DNA from: a virus | DNA: 10,725 bases | Strand: one strand, 5' to 3' | UHGV virus genome: UHGV-0134920 | Part shown: positions 1 to 7,213 of the stretch, in pieces | How the letters are laid out: every line of letters begins with the position of its first letter | How positions within the stretch are numbered: the first letter of the stretch is position 1 | Notes under the pieces: model-generated | Seen by the model: only the letters and a program-made list of their open reading frames with translations | Database searches by the model: none | What the model was told of the DNA's origin: nothing | Translations under genes and position numbers: made by a program

Positions 1-19
1 CGTGTGGAATCATATACAT

Positions 20-1261
20 ATGGCGAGAAAAACACCCCCATTAACCACGGTGCAGATCAAAGCAGCCAGACCAGCGGAAAAGGAATACACCCTACAGGAC
101 GGCGGAGGGCTTTTTCTCCTGGTCAAACCGTCCGGATCAAAACTCTGGCGATTTTCCTACTACCGGCCATCGGACAAAAAAAGAATATTGCTGAGTTTTG
201 GATCGCTTGATGATGTTTCCCTGGCTGATGCCAGAAAACGCCGTAGCGAGTACAGAGCGTTAATCAGTGCCGGAACTGACCCGCAGGGCCATGAGAAGAA
301 AAAACGAGAGGCAGAGGCCCGAAGACAAGGGAACACGTTCGAAAATGTGGCGGCGGCATGGTACCAGGTGAAAATCAGCCAGAATCTGGCCCCCAACACG
401 ATTAAAGACATCTGGCGATCGCTGGATAAATATGTATTCCCGTTCATCGGCAACACCCCAATAGACACCCTGACCGCTCGCAGGTTCGTTGAGGTGCTTA
501 CCCCCATCAAGGAGCGCGGCAACCTGGAAACACTCAAACGGGTTTTACAGCGCGTTAATGAGGTAATGGATTACGCCGCCAACAGTGGGCTGATTGATGC
601 CAATCCGGCTATGAATGTGCGTAAGGCGTTTCCCTCACCTGTAAAAAAACATATGCCAACAATCCGCCCCGAACAGCTGCCCGAGCTTATGCAGGCTTTA
701 TCAGTATCGGCAACAGAACGGCAGACCAGATTACTGATTGAATGGCAGTTACTGACCGTAACCCGTCCGGCCGAAGCGTCATCAACGCGGTGGGATGAAA
801 TCAACCTGGACGCGAAGCAATGGACGATACCTGCCGGACGCATGAAGATGCGCAGGGATCACGTTATCCCGCTTTCCGGTCAGGCTATGGCGGTACTGGA
901 GGCCATGAAACCAATCAGCCACCACCGCAATTACGTTTTCCCAAGTCTGAAAGACCCACAGCAGCCGATGAACAGCCAGACAGCTAACGCAGCATTGCGG
1001 CGTATGGGATTCGCTGGCGTGCTGGTGTCTCATGGATTACGCGCCATATTCAGCACAGCAGCGAACGAGGAAGGATTCGAGCCGGACGTAATAGAGGCGG
1101 CACTTGCCCACGTCGACACCAACGAAGTTAGACGGGCATACAACCGGAGCAACTACATAGAAAAACGCATCGTGCTGATGCGCTGGTGGGGCGAATTTGT
1201 CGAGGCTGCGGCGACGGGCGTAACCCTCGCCAGTGGTAAAAGGGGTATCCGAGCCGTGTAG
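20..1261 (+). CDS. int: tyrosine site-specific integrase (P4-type)
   Basis: Frame is open from position 2; first plausible start is ATG at 20 (MARKTPPLT...). N-terminus has the P4-type integrase pattern (LTxxQIKAAxPxEKEYxLxDGGGLxLLVKPSGSKxWRFxY). C-terminal catalytic region has HGLRAIFST (H-x-x-R) and RRAYNRSNY (Tyr nucleophile region). Stop TAG at 1259-1261. The att site would lie upstream of the window. Confidence 0.9.
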   Translation: MARKTPPLTTVQIKAARPAEKEYTLQDGGGLFLLVKPSGSKLWRFSYYRPSDKKRILLSFGSLDDVSLADARKRRSEYRALISAGTDPQGHEKKKREAEARRQGNTFENVAAAWYQVKISQNLAPNTIKDIWRSLDKYVFPFIGNTPIDTLTARRFVEVLTPIKERGNLETLKRVLQRVNEVMDYAANSGLIDANPAMNVRKAFPSPVKKHMPTIRPEQLPELMQALSVSATERQTRLLIEWQLLTVTRPAEASSTRWDEINLDAKQWTIPAGRMKMRRDHVIPLSGQAMAVLEAMKPISHHRNYVFPSLKDPQQPMNSQTANAALRRMGFAGVLVSHGLRAIFSTAANEEGFEPDVIEAALAHVDTNEVRRAYNRSNYIEKRIVLMRWWGEFVEAAATGVTLASGKRGIRAV

Positions 1262-1338
1262 CTGTACAGAAAACCAGTAAAAACTACGAAAACCATGTAA
1301 AACCGTCGTATAATTGCATCAAATTTAACGACAAGGCC

Positions 1339-1590
1339 GTGAAACATGAAACCGTTAAGATGCAAAAAAATATCAGATGCAATTGCGACGGGCTGCAACT
1401 GGCCCTGATGGTTCAGCATGAATTTTGGTCAACCTACGATCCGGAGGACAGGACGACGGCCCCATCAAAAAAACAGGTAGTAGATTTTCTGGTATCCCGT
1501 GGCGCTTCCAGAAATCTGGCGGTAAGTATTGATAAGGTCGTACGTCCGGCATCTATGAAGATCGGAGGCAGGCCCAAAAAATGGCGGTAA
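1339..1590 (+). CDS. hypothetical small protein (83 aa from GTG 1339; alternative ATG at 1360), basic C-terminus
   Basis: ORF in the int-alpA gap, followed immediately by an intrinsic terminator; no strong RBS and no recognisable family. Confidence 0.3.
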   Translation: MKHETVKMQKNIRCNCDGLQLALMVQHEFWSTYDPEDRTTAPSKKQVVDFLVSRGASRNLAVSIDKVVRPASMKIGGRPKKWR

Positions 1591-1600
1591 CAATCCTGGA

Positions 1601-1626
1601 AGCGGCAGAAATGCCGCTTTTTTTAT
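1601..1626 (+). terminator. rho-independent terminator
   Basis: Hairpin AGCGGCA-gaaa-TGCCGCT (1601-1617) followed by a T-run (tttttttata). Confidence 0.6.
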
Positions 1627-1651
1627 AATTCCATTTCAAATCATCAATATA

Positions 1652-1739
1652 AAAAACGGTGTATACCGTTTAAAAACGGTGGGAACTGTTTTTACCCATA
1701 TCCGATGATTTACCGTATTTGTCACCGGAATACACCGGA
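1652..1739. promoter_or_regulatory. repeat-containing control region upstream of alpA
   Basis: Direct repeat AAAAACGGTG at 1652-1661 and 1672-1681; dyad AACGGT-gtat-ACCGTT (1655-1670); direct repeat CACCGGA at 1723-1729 and 1733-1739; RBS-like AAGG at 1745-1748 before the ATG at 1758. Confidence 0.35.
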
Positions 1740-1757
1740 TTCACAAGGTAAATCACG

Positions 1758-1964
1758 ATGGAAGCAATCAGAAAAATTATCTTTCGCCAGGAAGTAAAAA
1801 AAATTATCCACATCAAGGCAGACAGCACGCTGCAAAGCATGATCAACGCCGGAGAATTTCCGCAGGGTTTTCGCGTTGGTTTACGCCGTCGCGGATGGTA
1901 TGAGGATGATGTGTTGGCCTGGCAGAAAGAACGCGAACAGGAAGCACGCGGAACGGCTGCTTAA
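1758..1964 (+). CDS. alpA: AlpA-family DNA-binding regulator / excisionase-like protein
   Basis: 68 aa; HTH region followed by the AlpA/Vis-type motif (GEFPQGFRVGLRRRGWYEDDVLAW); position right after int is typical. Stop TAA at 1962-1964. Confidence 0.8.
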   Translation: MEAIRKIIFRQEVKKIIHIKADSTLQSMINAGEFPQGFRVGLRRRGWYEDDVLAWQKEREQEARGTAA

Positions 1965-1996
1965 CGGGTATCACAGATATGACAAACACGAAAAAA

Positions 1997-2023
1997 GCGG
2001 CCCCGATATGGAGCCGCCTTTCT
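1997..2023. terminator. weak candidate bidirectional terminator between convergent alpA and minus-strand genes
   Basis: 5-bp GC stem GCGGC (1997-2001) / GCCGC (2013-2017), preceded by A6 (1991-1996) and followed by CTTTCT. Short stem, so weak. Confidence 0.25.
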
Positions 2024-2112
2024 GAACAATTAACCCGCTGCGCCTTATGTGTATGTGATCCCAAACATAAGCACGGGGATGATAGCCGCTATCAGGCTGG
2101 TGGGCAATGCAA

Positions 2113-2301
2113 TCAGTCTGGTTCAGTTCGTTGCCATACCTGCAATGAGCGCTTTTCCCTGTACTCTTTAAGGAATTGCTCAAGGGCAAAAGCACATGGC
2201 GCGAATCTTTCTGATTCATGCTCTATCTTTCTGCGCCGTCTTTTCCGTGCCGGTGATAATGTTTTGGTCAATTCTTTATCGGTCATTGTGTTGTCCTGCA
2301 T
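2113..2301 (-). CDS. doubtful small Arg/Lys-rich ORF (62 aa) downstream of the minus-strand regulator
   Basis: Sits in the only sizeable gap without a + strand gene (1965-2343), upstream of the candidate terminator on the minus strand. No convincing RBS; contains RKRRRRK. Confidence 0.2.
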   Translation of the reverse strand: MQDNTMTDKELTKTLSPARKRRRRKIEHESERFAPCAFALEQFLKEYREKRSLQVWQRTEPD

Positions 2302-2343
2302 AGCAATGCGCCGTAATACCTTACACCACGGCGCTGGTGATGG

Positions 2344-2649
2344 TTACTCCTGCTCTTTGGCCTTGCGGCGCTGTAGTTCTTCACGAGCGATGGCGATAAG
2401 TTGCCCGAGTTCTTCCGTAGCTTTAATACCAATTTTTTCCACTTGCGCCAATGCATCGAGAGAAGAAATCAGAGGATTTTCACTGCTTCCTTCTGCCTGG
2501 CGGCGGGCGATCTCCCCGCGCATGGCGGTTACTATGAATCCGGCGTTGCTTTCGCCGTCCAGTTTTACGGATTCCATGCCATCAAAAGCATCATGTGGGA
2601 TACGAATTGAAATCTGTTTTGATTTGTCGTTGATAGTGTTTTTTGCCAT
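2344..2649 (-). CDS. putative DNA-binding regulator (possibly ribbon-helix-helix), candidate island repressor
   Basis: 101 aa from ATG (reverse complement of 2647-2649) with GGAGAA RBS just upstream on the minus strand. N-terminal KQISIRIP segment is compatible with an RHH beta-strand. Divergent from the Icd/Ash/primase operon and adjacent to palindromic operators. The ORF-track start at 2688 is probably an upstream in-frame extension. Confidence 0.6.
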   Translation of the reverse strand: MAKNTINDKSKQISIRIPHDAFDGMESVKLDGESNAGFIVTAMRGEIARRQAEGSSENPLISSLDALAQVEKIGIKATEELGQLIAIAREELQRRKAKEQE

Positions 2650-2671
2650 GTGCATTCTCCTAAACAAAAGA

Positions 2672-2747
2672 TGTGATTCAGTATACACAAAAAAGAATCA
2701 CAAAAAACACTTGATCTGTGATTCAGTTGAATTTAATTTAAATCACA
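2672..2747. promoter_or_regulatory. divergent promoter/operator region with two related palindromic operators
   Basis: TGTGATTCAGT at 2672-2682 pairs with GAATCACA at 2695-2702; TGTGATTCAGT at 2717-2727 pairs with AATCACA at 2741-2747. GTATAC at 2681-2686 could give a minus-strand -10-like TATACT. The region lies between divergent start codons at 2649 (-) and 2837 (+). Confidence 0.6.
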
Positions 2748-2836
2748 CCTCAGTAAGAGGATGTAAACGACAACGCCCCGAACTGTTTGCGGCAGTAGCG
2801 GGGCGTCTAACCAAACCGTTAACAGGAGTAACGATT

Positions 2837-3034
2837 ATGGCTGGAACACAGCATACCCCACGTCTGGCGCACACACAAACTGCCTTTGTGTGGCGTTTTC
2901 TGGCACTGAGTGCCGGAGAATCTCAAATCATCCACGTAACCGCCTGGACGGAACGCGAAGCGCGTAGCCGTTGCCCGTCCGGTTGTGTTGCTGTATTCGC
3001 TGCCCGTATTCGCCAGGGGTCACATCATGCGTAA
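2837..3034 (+). CDS. Icd-like small protein (host cell division inhibitor-like family of P4-like elements)
   Basis: 65 aa; AGGAG RBS at 2824-2828; sequence FVWRF...TEREAR...ARIRQG recalled as the Icd-like signature (from memory, unverified). The upstream part of the 351-aa track ORF is rejected. Confidence 0.6.
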   Translation: MAGTQHTPRLAHTQTAFVWRFLALSAGESQIIHVTAWTEREARSRCPSGCVAVFAARIRQGSHHA

Positions 3035-3488
3035 AAACCGCTTGCAAAAAATTATCACGGGGCTGTATGCTTCCCCCGTCGCCCACATGGCGACCGGGTT
3101 TAGCAGCCTGAATACATCTGGCGGACAGCCGCCCACATCCGATAAGCGGTTTTTTTGTGTCCGTAAACCTACCCATACCCGCATTATGGCGGGGCGTAAC
3201 GGGGGAGCCTTTGTGCTCGCTGGTTTCCAGATGACCAGTCTGCTAACCCTGTTACGTCTCGCCACCATGTTTAGCAGCGTAGTAGCGAGACTCCTTAAAA
3301 TTCATCTGGGAGCCTTTCACATGGCTGTATTCGCACGCCCTTATTTTGTCTGGCGCTTTATGCAGTGCCTGACAGACAGTATTGCAATATTCACCGTTAC
3401 CGCTGCCACTGAGCGCGAAGCACGTGCACAGCTGCCGCACGCACATCTGATTTTTGTCGCCCGTATTCGTCAGGGGGTAGGCTTATGA
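3027..3488 (+). CDS. Ash-family-like protein with C-terminal Icd-like module
   Basis: ATG at 3027 overlaps the upstream stop by 8 nt. C-terminal ~55 aa (YFVWRFMQ...TEREARAQ...ARIRQG) are paralogous to the preceding 65-aa protein. An internal start near 3321 (MAVFARPYFVWRF) cannot be excluded. Stop overlaps the next start (ATGA at 3485-3488). Confidence 0.55.
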   Translation: MRKNRLQKIITGLYASPVAHMATGFSSLNTSGGQPPTSDKRFFCVRKPTHTRIMAGRNGGAFVLAGFQMTSLLTLLRLATMFSSVVARLLKIHLGAFHMAVFARPYFVWRFMQCLTDSIAIFTVTAATEREARAQLPHAHLIFVARIRQGVGL

Positions 3489-3715
3489 GCCAGGAAATCA
3501 CACTACAACAGGCAGCAGAACGCGCCCACCAAATCGAAGTTATTTGCGCACTGGCAGAGGATTACCCTGGCATGATGACCGACAGCGAATCAGGGGCAAT
3601 CATCGGCTTACTTAAACGCCTTAGCGGTGAGGTCTGCGTATTCCTGATCGATGAACAGGAAAGAAGAACGCTTATTTCTAACGAAAAAAAATGCGGAGGG
3701 GTACATGTGCAATAA
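3485..3715 (+). CDS. hypothetical protein (76 aa)
   Basis: Translationally coupled (ATGA overlap); CAGGGGG RBS-like sequence upstream; no recognisable family. Confidence 0.45.
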   Translation: MSQEITLQQAAERAHQIEVICALAEDYPGMMTDSESGAIIGLLKRLSGEVCVFLIDEQERRTLISNEKKCGGVHVQ

Positions 3716-3935
3716 AACCACACCGGACGCAGCAGAAGAAGCAATGCAAATACTGATACGTGCGCTCGTTGATGTTACCCACATGGTGGAGATTATGGAG
3801 AGAAAATCACAGTCGGAGCACGACAAAAGAAAACTTAAAACAATAAAAATAATTGCCAAAAACTCGCTGATAAAAGTTACAGACATCCTTAATGAGGACA
3901 TTAAAAGAATAAGGGAGAAAATTTGTGATGCATAA
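3705..3935 (+). CDS. hypothetical protein (76 aa), AT-rich gene
   Basis: ATG at 3705 preceded by GGAGGG (3696-3701); Lys/Glu-rich helical-looking protein; composition visibly more AT-rich than flanking genes. Confidence 0.45.
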   Translation: MCNKTTPDAAEEAMQILIRALVDVTHMVEIMERKSQSEHDKRKLKTIKIIAKNSLIKVTDILNEDIKRIREKICDA

Positions 3936-4155
3936 AATCCATTTTGAAGTATTAATCCACTCTGAAAACGCATTAATTAAAGCACGCGAAATGAATGCGT
4001 TGTTAATTAAATTAATTGAAGTGCCGGAAGGTGGCGAAGATCATTCATCATTAATGTTTGCCGCTGTTCAGACATTATTGACACCTGTTATTGATGAACT
4101 CAATAAGGCTATGGCAATTCACGAGAATAATAAAGCGCCCCACACCGGAGAATAA
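3928..4155 (+). CDS. hypothetical protein (75 aa), AT-rich gene
   Basis: ATG at 3928 overlaps the upstream stop at 3933-3935; AT-rich; no recognisable family. Confidence 0.45.
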   Translation: MHKIHFEVLIHSENALIKAREMNALLIKLIEVPEGGEDHSSLMFAAVQTLLTPVIDELNKAMAIHENNKAPHTGE

Positions 4156-4160
4156 AAATA

Positions 4161-4460
4161 ATGAAACTTAAATATTCTGGCTTAACTGCCAGTGGCAAAA
4201 CTCGCACTAAATTCATGCGCGGTGATATTTACCGCGACCAGTACGGCGGCACGGTAATGATTAAGGGCGTGGAGGAACGGCGCGTAACCTACCGTCGTGA
4301 AGGCTACGAATATGATTGCGTGATGCCTGTTTATCAGTTCGATCGTGATTTTTCTCTGGTGCAGGCCGTACCGCGTAACGTGCCCACCAGCAGGGAGAAA
4401 GCACGCGCCAATATTCAGGAAATAAAAAAGATGCTTAACGTATTCAGGGGTAAAAAATGA
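4161..4460 (+). CDS. hypothetical protein (99 aa)
   Basis: GGAG at 4146-4149 upstream; stop overlaps the primase start (ATGA at 4457-4460), indicating operon coupling with the replication gene. Confidence 0.5.
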   Translation: MKLKYSGLTASGKTRTKFMRGDIYRDQYGGTVMIKGVEERRVTYRREGYEYDCVMPVYQFDRDFSLVQAVPRNVPTSREKARANIQEIKKMLNVFRGKK

Positions 4461-6205
4461 AACTGGCACCGAACGTAAAAAAACAGCCACGCGGAATAAA
4501 ACACAAAGACACAGAGGTAATTATTTTCGCGGGTAGTGATGCCTGGTCGCACGCGAAACAATGGCAGGAGCAGGATGGCCCCGCATCCGGCGATAATGTG
4601 CCGCCTGTGTGGCTTGGGCCAAATCAGCTTGCCGAACTTGATGCACTGAAAATTGTTCCGGATGGAAAAAAACGCGTAAGGCTGTACCAGGCCGGAGAAC
4701 TGGATTTGGTGGAGACCAAAAAGATTGGTCAGAAGCTGGCGGCGGCAGATATTCAGGACGCAAATTTTTACCCCGAAGGAATGCACGTCCAGAAGTGTGA
4801 AAACTGGCGGCGCTATCTGAATGCTGAGCGTGAAAATATTGCCGCAGGGCTTACCATGCCGGAGCAGAAAAATACGCAACTGGCACAAATGGCAGACAGT
4901 GAGCGCGCACAGATGCTTGCTGGTCGATTTGATGGCGTTTGTGTGCATCCGGAAAGTGAAATCGTTCACGTATGGCGCGGCGGGGTATGGTGTCCGGTCA
5001 GCACAATGGAACTTAGCCGCGAAATGGTGGCGATCTATTCAGAGCACAGGGCCACTTTCAGCAAGCGCGTAATCAATAACGCCGTGGAAGCGTTAAAAGT
5101 TATTGCCGAACCAATGGGCGAGCCGTCCGGCGATTTGCTGCCGTTCGCCAATGGTGCGCTTGACCTGAAAACGGGGGAATTTTCCCCGCACACGCCGGAG
5201 AACTGGATCACCACGCACAACGGCATTGAGTACACGCCACCAGCACCAGGGGAGAATATCTGCGACAACGCGCCAAACTTTCATAAATGGCTTGAGCACG
5301 CAGCCGGAAAAGACCCGCGCAAGATGATGCGTATATGTGCCGCGCTGTACATGATTATGGCGAACCGGTACGACTGGCAGATGTTTATTGAGGCCACCGG
5401 AGACGGCGGGAGCGGCAAAAGTACATTCACCCACATCGCCAGCCTTTTAGCGGGGAAACAAAACACGGTAAGCGCGGAAATGACATCGCTTGATGATGCT
5501 GGTGGGCGTGCGCAGGTTGTCGGGAGTCGTCTTATCGTCCTGGCAGACCAGCCGAAATATACAGGCGAAGGCACGGGCATCAAGAAAATCACGGGCGGCG
5601 ACCCCGTGGAAATCAACCCGAAATATGAAAAGCGTTTCACTACGGTAATCAGGGCGGTGGTGCTGGCGACCAATAACAACCCGATGATATTCACCGAACG
5701 GGCCGGAGGCGTGTCACGTCGTCGGGTTATTTTCCGCTTCGACAATATCGTAAGCGAGGCAGAAAAAGACAGGGAGCTACCGGAAAAGATCGCGGCTGAA
5801 ATCCCAGTCATTATCCGCCGCTTGCTGGCGAACTTTACCGACCCTGAGAAGGCACGGGCTTTACTACTGGAACAGCGTGACGGTGATGAAGCTCTGGCAA
5901 TAAAGCAACAGACGGATCCGGTTATTGAGTTTTGCCAGTTCCTGAATTTTCTGGAGGAAGCGCGCGGCCTGATGATGGGTGGCGGTGGCGATTCAGTGAA
6001 GTACACGACCAGGAACAGCCTTTACCGCGTCTATCTGGCGTTTATGGCATACGCCGGAAGGAACAAGCCGCTAAACGTGGCTGAGTTCAGCAAAGCTATG
6101 AAGCCAGCGGCGAAAGTTTACGGGCATGAATATATTACGCGGAAAGTCAATGGAGTTACGCAGACTAACGCAATAACAACAGACGATTGCGACGCGTTTT
6201 TATAA
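4457..6205 (+). CDS. replication initiator, P4 alpha C-terminal-like SF3 helicase/NTPase (primase-helicase family)
   Basis: 582 aa; Walker A GDGGSGKST, Walker B-like RLIVLADQP and SF3 motif C VVLATNNNP. Followed immediately by an iteron array. A catalytic primase (toprim/AEP) domain cannot be confirmed by eye. Confidence 0.85.
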   Translation: MKLAPNVKKQPRGIKHKDTEVIIFAGSDAWSHAKQWQEQDGPASGDNVPPVWLGPNQLAELDALKIVPDGKKRVRLYQAGELDLVETKKIGQKLAAADIQDANFYPEGMHVQKCENWRRYLNAERENIAAGLTMPEQKNTQLAQMADSERAQMLAGRFDGVCVHPESEIVHVWRGGVWCPVSTMELSREMVAIYSEHRATFSKRVINNAVEALKVIAEPMGEPSGDLLPFANGALDLKTGEFSPHTPENWITTHNGIEYTPPAPGENICDNAPNFHKWLEHAAGKDPRKMMRICAALYMIMANRYDWQMFIEATGDGGSGKSTFTHIASLLAGKQNTVSAEMTSLDDAGGRAQVVGSRLIVLADQPKYTGEGTGIKKITGGDPVEINPKYEKRFTTVIRAVVLATNNNPMIFTERAGGVSRRRVIFRFDNIVSEAEKDRELPEKIAAEIPVIIRRLLANFTDPEKARALLLEQRDGDEALAIKQQTDPVIEFCQFLNFLEEARGLMMGGGGDSVKYTTRNSLYRVYLAFMAYAGRNKPLNVAEFSKAMKPAAKVYGHEYITRKVNGVTQTNAITTDDCDAFL

Positions 6206-6213
6206 TTTTTTGC

Positions 6214-6445
6214 AAAAGCCCTCTACCTCCTCTACCTGAAAGGAATAAATGCATATTATTCAATATGATAAGTGGGTAGATGGCCAGGTAGAAGGCTAAT
6301 AAAAACCCTCTACCTCTTCTACATGATTTTATCAATTCCAGGTAGACAGGTAGAGGTCTGGTAGAAGGGGATTAAAAGCCCTCTACCATGCTGAAAGGTG
6401 CGCCATTGCTGGATTTTTGCAGTGCTTGGTAGAAGGGGTAGAGGG
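6214..6445. repeat. iteron array, candidate replication origin
   Basis: CTCTACC at 6221-6227, 6230-6236, 6308-6314 and 6381-6387; reverse-orientation GGTAGA(G/A) at 6275-6280, 6287-6292, 6341-6346, 6349-6355, 6360-6365, 6428-6433 and 6437-6443. Longer unit AAAAGCCCTCTACC at 6214-6227 and 6374-6387, with a one-mismatch copy at 6301-6314. AT-rich stretch at 6241-6270. Confidence 0.6.
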
Positions 6446-6491
6446 AGGGAGGCACAACTCAAAACTTTTTAAACGAGGGGGGTAAAAATAA

Positions 6492-6806
6492 ATGCGCATA
6501 CATCAAAATAACTTAACAAACATATCAGCCGAAAACATGAATCAGGGGCGACAAATGGCCATAATTCACAGAGACAGAACACAGGCAAAATATAAAGCGT
6601 TAGACATGACAGAGCTTTCCCTAAAGGTGGCAATCAGAACGATAGACCGCCACACGCGGGAAGGATACGCGAAGGAACATCCCGACCTGATAAGCGCATT
6701 CATGACCACGGCGGCGGCAAACTTTGCCACGCTGACAGAACGGGAGATTGCCGAAGCGGAACAGGTAACAACCATCAACGTTAAAACCGGAGAGCAGACA
6801 GCATGA
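6492..6806 (+). CDS. hypothetical protein (104 aa)
   Basis: GAGGGGGG RBS at 6475-6482; stop overlaps the ssb start (ATGA at 6803-6806). Alternative internal starts at 6536 and 6555. Confidence 0.5.
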   Translation: MRIHQNNLTNISAENMNQGRQMAIIHRDRTQAKYKALDMTELSLKVAIRTIDRHTREGYAKEHPDLISAFMTTAAANFATLTEREIAEAEQVTTINVKTGEQTA

Positions 6807-7213
6807 CAGCACAGATAGCAGCTTACGGGCGGCTGGTGGACGACCCGCAGGTAAAACAGACCAGTAAGGGCACACCGATGACGCTGGCGCGTATGGCGGT
6901 ATCGCTGCCATGCAGCCAGGCACAGGATGGACAGGCGACGTTATGGCTATCGGTCATCGCATTTGGTAAGCAGGCCGACTTCCTGGCTAAACATCAAAAA
7001 GGCGACGTTGCCAGCGTATCCGGCACGATGCAGGTCAGCCAGTGGACCGGACAGAACGGGGAAACGCGGCAGGGCTGGCAGGTTATTGCAGACAGCGTAA
7101 TCAGTGCCCGTGCGGCACGTCCTGGCGGGAACAGACGCAAGACCACAGGCACACAGGGTAATCAGCCACCAGCGGGAGGCGATGCCCCTTACGGTGATGA
7201 TATTCCGTTCTGA
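6803..7213 (+). CDS. ssb: single-stranded DNA-binding protein
   Basis: 136 aa; OB-fold SSB pattern (AYGRLVDDPQVKQTSKG...WLSVIAFGKQADFLAKHQKGDVASVSGTMQVSQW), Gly/Pro/Gln-rich linker and acidic C-terminal tip ...GDDIPF typical of bacterial and phage SSBs. Confidence 0.85.
   Translation: MTAQIAAYGRLVDDPQVKQTSKGTPMTLARMAVSLPCSQAQDGQATLWLSVIAFGKQADFLAKHQKGDVASVSGTMQVSQWTGQNGETRQGWQVIADSVISARAARPGGNRRKTTGTQGNQPPAGGDAPYGDDIPF

Noticed and set aside
1-19. tRNA or att site at the left edge
   Set aside because: Only 19 nt precede the integrase start and no tRNA-like structure is recognisable; the att site and any target tRNA are presumably outside the window.
1805-1813. Perfect DnaA-box consensus TTATCCACA
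   Set aside because: A single copy inside the alpA coding sequence with no clustering or adjacent AT-rich unwinding element; plausibly chance. The iteron array at 6214-6445 is the better ori candidate.
1979-2836. Upstream part of the 351-aa + strand track ORF (1979..3034)
   Set aside because: It reads through the alpA terminator region, the antisense of the minus-strand regulator gene and the operator region with Cys/Ser-rich low-complexity translation. Only the last 65 codons from ATG 2837 with an AGGAG RBS look like a gene.
2985-3026. Track start at 2985 for the Ash-like ORF
   Set aside because: The first 14 codons overlap the Icd-like gene; ATG 3027 gives the usual short overlap with the upstream stop.
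3608-3973. 121-aa minus-strand ORF over the AT-rich region
   Set aside because: Hydrophobic low-complexity translation typical of antisense AT-rich DNA; the + strand ORFs have RBSs and coupled start/stop overlaps.
3960-4010. Inverted repeat AACGCATT/AATGCGTT and direct repeat TTAATTAA inside an AT-rich ORF
   Set aside because: Lies within coding sequence in an AT-rich gene where such short repeats arise easily; no independent support for a functional site.
4415-6006. Long minus-strand ORFs (4415..4969, 5093..5434, 5281..6006) inside the primase/helicase gene
   Set aside because: They are antisense to a gene with clear Walker A/B and SF3 motifs and have no RBS or family resemblance; typical antisense open frames.
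6214-6445. Possibility that the short repeats are a CRISPR array
   Set aside because: Repeat units are only 6-14 bp, occur in both orientations with irregular spacing, and there are no regular spacers or cas genes.
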